From Octopus sinensis (Eukaryota), in contig NC_043006.1 in assembly GCF_006345805.1 (NCBI RefSeq), positions 93,248,001 to 93,312,000 of the forward strand: a DNA stretch of 64,000 nt, given 5' to 3'. A program made the position numbers and the translations under genes. This document shows positions 53,791 to 64,000 of the stretch, piece after piece. Position 1 is the stretch's first letter. Every line of letters starts with the position of its first letter. Under the pieces are notes generated by a model, which saw only the letters and a program-made list of their open reading frames with translations, made no database searches and had not been told where the DNA came from.

Positions 53791-54340
53791 TCATATTGAT
53801 ACAGGTTTATCATATTGATACAGGTTTATCGTGCAACAAAGAGAATACCCTCCATCAGGCATTTGCCATATTCTGAACGCCTTACTTCCCTGGGTTTGGA
53901 TACATTGAAACTCCGACGTCTGGCAGCTGAATTGGCAGACACCCATATAATTATTAACCATCTTACAAACAATATCTCTGAGCACCTTTTCAAACTCCAC
54001 CTGTCTAACACCCGTGGACATGTTTACCAAGTCAGAAAACAGCACAGCTCCCATGACTTTTGGAAACACTTTTTCATGCTAAGAGTTGCTGAAGCATGGA
54101 ACAAACTGCCAGCATCAGTTGTTAGTTGTCGGAGCACTGCATCCTTCAAAACTTCCATGCTTCCTGAGATTCGCCAACACTACACCTGATTTTCTCCCCT
54201 CCATACACACGCAAGAATGTATCTGACCCATACACTGTTCGCTTTCCAGACATTTGTACATTACTGCATATGCTTTATACGCACTTTTGACAAGTTGTGG
54301 TGCACCTGAGCACTGTATACAATAATTTCATTATTATTTT
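53791..54340 (+). mobile_element. CR1/L2-like LINE 3' fragment
   Basis: RATKRIPSIRHLPYSERL..LGLDTLKLRRL…NTRGH…FFMLRVAEAWNKLPASVV (ORF 53815-54189), followed by a 3' UTR and an AT-rich tail. Confidence 0.8.
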
Positions 54341-55278
54341 ATATCAGATACACGTTTTAACAACTCATATCTTTCACAAAACTAATTCAGGATAACAAAA
54401 AAATGTGCTTGGCACCTAGCATGTACACGAGATGCTTACACGTTTGTATCACTTGGGAATGAATTATTTTATAGCGTATGGATATTAAATTTTGTATTTT
54501 AATACAAATGTATTTTATATAGATTGTTAGAGTTTATGAGCGATGATCTCTTTACGGATACAGCTGCGACGCCCCTAACGGAATTTCAGGAGACTTTCAG
54601 GTCAAGATAAAGCCATAACCAACCGATATCACTATCATAGCCGAATGAAGATAAAACCAAGAGAGACAGCAGTATTATTAAACTGACTTGCCCAAGATGG
54701 ACGAGGAACGATCGAAATTCATGTCATTATGAATGTATATCTCACACACGGTATTATGTCGAACGGGTGTAGTCACAAATTGTATACGATTTCACAAGAA
54801 ATACTTTTCCGTCCTCTTGTCGAGACAATGAAATGAAACTTATTGTGATAATTGCTAATTAATCCGAAAGAACAACACACACATTTAGAAAACTTCTTTA
54901 GAATTACAATTAGGTTATCCACCACTCTGAGCTGTGGGTCACGGAATAAAATTGACCCCACAAGGAAAATCATTCCCACATGCTGGAATCGATACTCTAT
55001 TATTTTTATGTTTTATACTGATATTATTTATTGAACTGCAGCAACGTTAGGTCAATAATGCAAAGGGTTCTAGACAAGCATATCGACCCAGGAACATATT
55101 TTTAGATCGGTTTTATATTGATCTTAATATTGCTTCTAGATGGATTTATTTGCAACATTGTACACCAAACTACACGCACACACGCGCGTATATAATTGCA
55201 CATTCACACAAATGTATAAAGTGTATGAGTGTGTTCTATGTATGCGTATACATACACACACACACACACACACACATC

Positions 55279-55319
<41 letters not shown>

Positions 55320-55514
55320 TGTTGTATTTAGGAATGGTCATTTTTCCTGTTTAGCCAATAAAAACACATGCACTATATATTTGGTGTTACTTTGATTCAG
55401 CGTTATTTATTTTTTACATTAATCTTAATCTTATTTCGGCCAGAGTTCTTTCGTCACACTCCTGTGACCGCATCAGTAAAAACATACACACATGCACATA
55501 CGCACACATCACAC

Positions 55515-55670
55515 ACACACACACACACATACGGCGGGCTCCTTCTAGTTTCCATCTATGAAATCCACTCACAAGGCTTTGGTAAGCCCGAGGCTATTGT
55601 AGAAGAGACTTGCCCAAGGTGCCGTACAGTGGGACTGAACCCGAAACTTACTACACAGCCGCTCCTGCGC
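55515..55670 (-). mobile_element. SINE family A, 5' half
   Basis: aatccactcacaaggctttgg…cccaaggtgccgtacagtgggactgaacccg. Confidence 0.75.
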
Positions 55671-55810
55671 TTATTCATATAATACTTTATTCGAAACGTA
55701 AAATACTTTCTCACTTTCCGAGCATTAAATTAATACATTTGTTTGTTACAGTTCTATATTTAAGAGATGAGGAATTATGCACATTATTTACATTATTTAC
55801 ATTTCCCCAA

Positions 55811-55856
55811 GACACCTGATGAAGGCTGGAGGATATATCAGCTGAAACATTGTGTT
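55811..55856 (+). ncRNA. minimal type I hammerhead motif (stem III mismatch)
   Basis: gacac CTGATGA A GGCTG gaggatatat CAGCT GAAA C ATT gtgtt; C15.2 faces A instead of G. Confidence 0.65.
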
Positions 55857-56951
55857 AACAACAAACAAGATGAGGACAAATATCCGTCAAATATAAATAA
55901 TGTAAATAATGTACATCTGTTTGTTGTTTACACACCCGTCTTCGTCTTTTGTCTATTTTTTCTTTTTGTAAATTCTCACTAATACTTTATTCACTTACGC
56001 ACATTTCAAACGATTCTGAATTCAGGTTGCACGCTTCACTGATTCATTGATTGATCAAGTAATCATCCAATTTAAGGAACAATTGTCCCCGGAGACATTC
56101 TCTTCAAAGCATCAATAATGTCACAATACGTTTTTTTTTTCTGGGCGCGATATACAATCAGATCTAGAAGGAGATGACAGATTACCTCCCTTTACTTCTT
56201 GTCCTAGAGCGTTTCCACGGGCTTGGCTGTTAGTTGCGGAAAGAGAAGCTGGTGACGTAAAGTCTGTAAAGAGAGGACAATTGTAGTGTGTACTTCGTGT
56301 CTAAATGAAGTCGCATTGAAGTGTGTAAGGTTATTTAAGTTCAAACCAATTCACAGTAGTAATAGCATGGCCAATTTAGATTATTTAAGAATTTCAGGTT
56401 TATAATCGTTGAATCAAATTTTATTCCATACAATATATTCAAAATATATATAAGAAATTAAGTTACAGCCGTTAAATAGAATTCTATTTAAATGAAGGAT
56501 TTGTTAAAAAAATGAGGGATAAAGCCCATTACTTTAGAAGTGAAAATTATAGACCGCAATAGAAAATTGAGGTAAATTTCGAAGTAATTAGCAAAGGTGT
56601 GATTACAAGAAAATTAAAGAATAAACTGAAAATAAGAAAGATGAATCATTAAAATATAATTCACGTATCAAATTAATTCTAATTCAGGTTAATTAGAAGA
56701 GGTTTTCGTATATTATTATGAGTTGGTTCATACGAAAAAGTGTCTCGATTGATAACATAATTAAGGCATTGAAATTAATTATTTGTAACAGGGCAAGTAA
56801 ATATTTGTTTGCAATGCTATTCTAGGATTACGAATCCAAATATGTAACCTGAGAGCTAAGATTGCGCTCTTGGACATACACACACCATCGCGGCGCGCAC
56901 GCATATGTGTGTGTAGATAATCATATCTATACATGTATATACATATATATT

Positions 56952-56994
<43 letters not shown>

Positions 56995-57043
56995 CAGACA
57001 TACACATACATACACACACATTTGTGCATGTATTTACATATTC

Positions 57044-57275
57044 TTTTATTCTTTTACTTGTTTCAGTCATTTGACTGCGGCCGTGCTGGAGTACCGCCTT
57101 TAGTCGAGCAAATAGACCCCAGGACTTATTCTTTGTAACCTTAGTACTTATTCTATCGGTCTCTTTTGCCGAACCACTATGTTATGGGGACGAAAACACA
57201 CCAGCATCGGATGTGAAGCGATCGAGGGTAGGGGTGGACAAACACGGACACACAAACACACACACACACTCACAG

Positions 57276-57314
<39 letters not shown>

Positions 57315-57476
57315 GACGGGCTTCTTTCAGTTTCCATCTACCAAATCCACTCACAAGGCTTTGGTCGGCTCGAAGCTATAGTAGAAGGCACTCGCCGAAG
57401 GTGCCACGCAATCGGACTGAACTCGGAACCACGTGGTTGGTTAGCAAGCTACTTACAACACAGCCACTCCTTCGCC
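57044..57476 (-). mobile_element. SINE family A, full length
   Basis: Same head, body and tail as 21232-21622. Confidence 0.88.
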
Positions 57477-57565
57477 TACATAAACACGTAAATACACATA
57501 CACATATGGCGACGGTTACACAAGAGCACATACACACGCATACATGCATATATGTGTCTGTAAGA

Positions 57566-57611
<46 letters not shown>

Positions 57612-57799
57612 GCAAACACTGTTATCTTAGTTAGCCTCGTATTGAGACAGATATTGCTAAAGTTCCGTAAGACATGTTATTTATTTCTAGAAATAAATAA
57701 CAAATGATATTGTATGTAAAATAAATGACGGTATGACCCAACCAACTGACCATATAAGGGCTGTGGACTATCTGTATCTATGTAATACAGCGATTTATC

Positions 57800-57956
57800 A
57801 TCTGTACAACTATGCATAAAGTACATACATACATATATATGTATATACTTGTGTGTGCGTTTGTGTGTATATATATACATATAATTTTACATATGTATAA
57901 ATGTATGTATAGGTATATGTGTATTTGTATAGTATATATACATATACATATATATG

Positions 57957-58001
<45 letters not shown>

Positions 58002-58007
58002 GTATAT

Positions 58008-58079
<72 letters not shown>

Positions 58080-58080
58080 G
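57800..58080. repeat. (TA)n/(TG)n low-complexity array
   Basis: Direct reading. Confidence 0.9.
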
Positions 58081-60892
58081 TTGCATTTACATCTGACTGT
58101 GTATTCACGCATACATATTTACATAGAAACGTATATGTATACAAGACGATAACCACTTACAGTTTGCTGCCGATTTTTTCATTCGTAAAATTTCTTTCTG
58201 ACTAAATGTTGATATCTGATACATTGATATCCGTTTAATCTTTGTCCTTTCGTCGAAAACCGCTCCATATTCCAACCTTGTAACACGCTGTTGTTTTCAC
58301 TTGACTTATATATTTAATGTAAACTTCAGTAGCCTATCTGGTCCTTATTCTCACTGCCATAAGACATATGCTCCATGTTATGCGAGGTAAACGTCAATAT
58401 ATATATCTGGTAAAATACGTATTGATAATACAATATTTCTCTGCGAAAGTCATAAACAATCATACAAATGTAGAAATAAACACGGCAGAGCTGAGTAACA
58501 ACGATAAACGCAGTAACTCTGATATGTTCTCATATATTTTGTTGTATGCATTTTGGGTTTATTTGCTGTGTATGCGTTATAGGATTTTCGCAGAGTATAT
58601 TACTTAAGTAATCTCGTTATCTCAAGATATTCTGTAGAATCTAATACATCCTTGAATGTTACAATTAGCTTGTACAATAAACAAACAGTCTACATGTTAG
58701 AGTTTCTTGTTTGTTGTTTAGAATATAGATTAAACAACTATGATTAGAGCGATCAGAACGAAGATAAAGCCATTTGTATATTAGTTTGTTCGACCAGTAA
58801 CAAACAGCAGCATTGAACTTCATATAATGCTGTTATGTAGAAGCAAAACGCAACGCCTATGAACCTAGAATGTGAAGGAAAATCAGAAGAATTCATACTT
58901 CACTCTGCTGAACATTCTGGTATGTATTTGCTTTGATCTCGTAGCCATACCAACATAAAGAGAATTTGATTCGACATAATATGATTTATGTAGACGTTTA
59001 TAACAATTATCTCGTTATTATGTCTTGCTTGGAAACTCTTTCTGACTCACACCAGCACCAGTTCATTTCATTCAGTTTGCATATGGATCAAAATTCCATA
59101 TGTTCATCTCTCTTTTACGCCTTCCTCTTTTCGTTTTTCCTTCTTTTTTTTCGAATCAGAAAACTGAGGCAATAATTAGTTATTTGATTGTATTTAAGCA
59201 CCAGTCATAGTTTCATTTTTATGTAACCGATATTCATTGCTTTGTTGTCTGTTAGATTTATATTGATCTGTTTGGATAGCGTATTTATTTATTTTGTTTT
59301 CTCCTTATCGACTCAACACTTAGTGTTTTGTGTGCTTACATGTTATTATAAAATGGTGGAGAGATAAGAATTGTCTGCAATTCTACAGTTAATGTTTCGT
59401 TTGACTTGTAGGTCCGAATTCACAGAATGTTACAGTTTCTTGTATAAATTGATATTTTATATTATCAACCTAAAAACACTAAATATTTATAATTAAATTA
59501 TTATCAAGAATTAAAATTCAACGTTCGAAATTGCGGAGAGCACCGAAATATGGTAGAGCACCATATTAATTGCATACTTTTGCGTTATGAGTTCAAATCC
59601 GTCTGGGTCTACTTGGTCTTTGCTACTTCCAGGAGCATTAAAAATCTACCAGACCATTATTAGAACTATTTCATCGACTGCACTATATTTCCAAAAGTGT
59701 TTGGCTTCATGTTTTCCTTGAAAAATCTGTTATCAATGAACAAAAGGCTTCATCAGTTAATAAAACAATTTGAATCAGGGATTAACTGCCAGAGTCAGAC
59801 GGGCTGCTTTGCGGTATTCGTTACGATTAACAACTCTTTGAGTTCAAATACCACCGATAGTACTTCTTGGGCTTAAATTTTTTTCGGGTTACATAAGATG
59901 TTCTAATCAAGGGCAACGAATTCGAGGAACTGCAAGGAACTACGAGCCGGTTGTCTTCTAGTTTTTATTCCAGCTCATTAAGATCTGAATTCAACTTATG
60001 CCATAGCCTATTTTCTAACAGACTTAATTCGTATTCCGGTTTTACAACCTTAGCTGACACTCTGTATCTCTACAGTGGAGTCCTCTTCCTAGAAAGTATT
60101 TAATTCAGGCCTTTAGTGTGATAATTATGTTTTTTTTTTCATCAATTTCAATGAACCTATAAGCGGCTATGGACACCGTTTCTTTCCTGACTAAAAAAAT
60201 AATAGAAGGTTATATAACACTACATTCGTAGTTCAAATCTTAAGACCACCCCGTCGGTCACAATGAGTTACGCGTATAACATTTTTGCAGTGATATCAGT
60301 CGATTCAGGACGCCAAGCACTTGGTCCCTAAACGCGTTTTATGGCCTTCAGTCAAGTTAAAGAGGCACTATGTAACACAGCTGTTTCGATAATATATTCA
60401 CCAACACTTAGCATATATTTTATATATATGTTATGTACAAAAAATCGATAAAACAAATATTGAACTTGCTGTGAGGAGGAGTGAAATCCAACGTTTCGGA
60501 CAGGGTCCTTCAAATCCGTAGTTCCTTCGAATACACAGTCGAAAGAATAAATGTAATATAAAATATTGTTCTAAGCATCCATAAATATATCAAAAGAGTA
60601 ATAAGAAACTTTATATAACATGCAATTTCTAAGGAAGGCATTGGTTAGAAATAATAGTAGAACGAGGATATTAGGAATGGCAGTTCTGAAGAAAATATTT
60701 TACAATATTTAGCCCTATGCGAGTTTCAAGTACCATCAGATTTACACTGGCTTTTGATAGCCATGTGGACCTATTATTTTACGGTAATTATCAAACATAT
60801 TTGCGGCTCAGGTACCATTTTGTATTTCATATAGAACAATATTATATATATGTATATATGAAAGGCAAATAAAGGACGCTTTATTATCCATT

Positions 60893-61076
<184 letters not shown>

Positions 61077-61480
61077 ACATTTATCATATTGTCTGAAACA
61101 GCTCGCAGAATTCGGTAAATACGTTTTCCTCTTTTCTTTATATATTTATCGAAGAATTGTTGAACAGACTTTTGGCACACTTAATATATTCCTTATTTCT
61201 TCCTTGGAGTTTTTCTGGTTATATATTGTCTTATATGTTATATTCATTACAATTAGTCGTTTATTTTCTTCTAGATTTTATTATTGCTGTTGTTGTCGTC
61301 ATCATCTGAATGTCTCCTAGCTTTGTTAACGTTTCGCATTTGTTTACCGCTGGTAATAGAGTTGTAATTATGTATACACTGCATAATACTGAGTGAGAGA
61401 GAATGAGAGAAGAAGAATTCAGAGATTTAAAAACAGAGGAATACCGATGGACAGAAAAAGGAGAGGAAATGAGTGAACGA

Positions 61481-61547
<67 letters not shown>

Positions 61548-62395
61548 AGAAAGCTTCTCGCACTTCAATCATTTTTTTTTTGTTTTCAAGGTTTCAAAAT
61601 TAACTTGGGATTCTAACTTTATTTCTTTGGAAAAGAATATGTTAAAACCTAAATTCTAGAAATATCCTCACACTTAAATAAATAAAAAAAAAAGATGGTA
61701 TTTCCTTCTTGGGATTATCAAGAGAATATATATGGAGAATTAAACATGTCTTTTTTTGCAAGTGAATTTGTATTTCATTTAAATATATTCTCTGGACTTA
61801 GAGAGAAATCGTCTACGGAAGGGAATCTATGTAACACGAAGAATATGGCAAAAACGGTAATGGAATGTGTTAATAACGAACGACGAGGGAAATAGGAAAC
61901 ACTGAATAAAAATATATTGCCTTCATTAACAGTAAAATATGATTAAATGAAAATATTATTAATATGTCCGTACAATTATATATTTGCCACAATACTTTGT
62001 ACTGATATATTATAGGACTTCGCAGAGACTTTTCATTGGGAATGTATGAATGTATAATCGTCTTCACACTACATCGAAGATATAAAGCGAATATACTTAT
62101 TGAACATAATTATAATTCTCATTTTCATTTATATAAAATGTAAATATAAATAGTTCTCTAATAATCTATGTGTGAGATACTTATATACCTTATCAATATT
62201 GTTTCATTGAAATATATCAAATAGTTGTTACTGGATTCCACGCTTAATTTCATTGAATGTTTAGGTTTAAAATGTTTAACCGAAGGAAAAATTTTACAAC
62301 GATTTCAATGAAGAATGGTAAATTTTCTTTTGGAAATGACATGAGTTAGGCATACATAATCATTACAAATAGAACATGAATAGCATGGATTAAAT

Positions 62396-62451
<56 letters not shown>

Positions 62452-62564
62452 TATATATATATCTATATATATATATATATACTATATATAGTAATGGTAA
62501 GATAACAAAAAAAATGAATGAGACCTCAGTATTATGTAAATAGAGGAATTTATCTGTTGCCATA

Positions 62565-62623
62565 ATGAGACTCTGAGTTTCGGATGTCGGGGTGGAAATC
62601 TGCTCCAGCATCTCGTCAGTTAT
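62565..62623 (-). ncRNA. type I hammerhead, canonical core, stem I mismatch
   Basis: ataa CTGACGA GATG…CATC c GAAA CTC a GAG TC tcat. Confidence 0.72.
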
Positions 62624-62697
62624 CGAAGCAATCAAAATGTGCAATGAAAATGACCTTTGTTTAACGGTCATTCTCATAGCATATTTTGATTGCCTCC

Positions 62698-62756
62698 ATA
62701 ACTGACGAGATGCCGGAGCAGGTTTCCCTCCCGACATCCGAAACTCGGAGTCTTAT
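62698..62756 (+). ncRNA. type I hammerhead, canonical core, GUC site
   Basis: ataa CTGACGA GATG ccggagcaggtttccctcccga CATC c GAAA CTC g GAG TC ttat; predicted cleavage after 62752. Confidence 0.82.
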
Positions 62757-63033
62757 TATGGCAACCAAATACTTGTAACATATTATATTACAGATATACA
62801 TATATAGTCCACATGCTTTATATGTGTTATGAAGGCGACCAATTCTCATCCAAGATGAAGACGACTACTAACGTTTCATGTGGCATAGTCGATAATTGTT
62901 GCGAGATTTCAGTCTACATGAAAAATTGAATTCATGTAGAGTAAAATAAAGTATATTTGCCAGTCAAAAAAAATGTGATGTTGAGCACTCGTTTTCACTG
63001 TCCGACATTAGCGTGCATGCGCGTGTATATATG

Positions 63034-63264
63034 TATTTCTTTACTACCCACAAGGGGCTAAACATAGAGGGGATAAACAAGGACACACAAAGGGATTAAG
63101 TCGATTACATAGACCCCAGTGCGAAACTGGTACTTTATTTATCGACCAAGAAAGGATGAAAGGCAAAGTCGACCTCGGCGGAATTTGAACTCGGAACGTA
63201 ACGGCAGACGAAATACGGCTACGCATTTCGCCCGGCGTGCTAACGTTTCTACCAGCTCGCCGCC
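63034..63264 (-). mobile_element. SINE family B, full length
   Basis: Reverse complement closely matches 5037-5267 and 26570-26800. Confidence 0.88.
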
Positions 63265-64000
63265 TTTTATATATGTGCGTGTATATATGTGTGTGTGTAT
63301 GTGTTACGATAGGTGATGATGAGGTGAAAAAGGTGGAAGAGGAGGACTTGTAGGAGAAGGGGGAAGGAGAGGATGAGATTTAATTTTGAATTGAGCAAAC
63401 TTTACTTTTATGCCCATAGGCATAAATACAAGTGATTAATATTGCCACTCTGTTGATATAACTGTCATAGATATTTTTTTTTAATATTCAGCCATGAGGT
63501 TCAGTTTAATTTATTAGTTCTAGATATGACCGACTAAATTTGCTCGGTCACGTTTTACCCAAAAGGGCTATTACTAAACAGAACACTATGATTTAAAACG
63601 CTTTCCGACGATACTAGACAGGCGATAGTACGCGGGCCCATTTGGGGTTGGAGTGAACTTTATATACTCAAATGTTTACAAAATCACAAATTTGTGTTCC
63701 TTAAGATATAGTTTTAGTATTCGTTGTCATTCAATCACAACGGCAGAGTACATTTTTCCTTTTGATAATGATACAACTGATATTTGGAAAACCAATAAAA
63801 CATTGGTTATTGTGGGCAAAAACTATAGAAGCATGGTGGAGTTTTTCGATCGTCTAAGCCATCAGGGTACTTGTTGAAGGTTTAACACACCATGCAGTTT
63901 TTAAAGTACTGTGAGATATCCAAGACCAAATGAGGCGCAGAATCAATTTTATCAAGTCTATCAAATAACTGTTACTTATTTTATTGACACAAACGATAGA

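Larger units (their letters stand above)
62556..62765. mobile_element. inverted-repeat dual-hammerhead cassette 4
   Basis: Arms of about 100 bp (62556-62655 and 62666-62765) with a 10-nt spacer and about 10 mismatches. Confidence 0.88.

Noticed and set aside
60485-60515. GGAC-cct-GTCC GAAACGTT half-hammerhead on the minus strand
   Set aside because: Core partly deleted and no stem I; a remnant only.
63610-63645. CCGACGA followed by a TACTA/TAGTA hairpin
   Set aside because: No GAAA after the hairpin; chance match.

Overview
AT-rich, microsatellite-dense eukaryotic DNA made up almost entirely of repeats. The SINE and repeat families look like those of Octopus (inference from recognition, not a search). 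No host protein-coding gene can be supported. Transposon content: a full-length frameshifted DD34D mariner (1271-2552), two internally deleted mariners and a mariner fragment; two Tx1/L1-like non-LTR remnants; an R4/Dong-like remnant; RTE and CR1/L2-like 3' ends; a Helitron 3' end; and many tRNA-derived SINEs. The strongest signal is a set of at least 14 type I hammerhead ribozyme (HHR) motifs. Eight of them lie in four inverted-repeat cassettes of unrelated sequence but identical design, each with a minus-strand HHR on the left and a plus-strand HHR on the right (10814-11285, 47283-47453, 50469-50799, 62556-62765). These look like non-coding derivatives of Penelope-like pseudo-LTRs (pLTRs), or retrozyme-like elements. 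Some have canonical cores, others shared core variants (U4C, A6U) or long stem II insertions. A second candidate is a 37-nt GT-AG intron-like spacer whose removal puts the ORF1 end region in frame with ORF2 of the Tx1-like element. All folds were read by eye and none has been tested.
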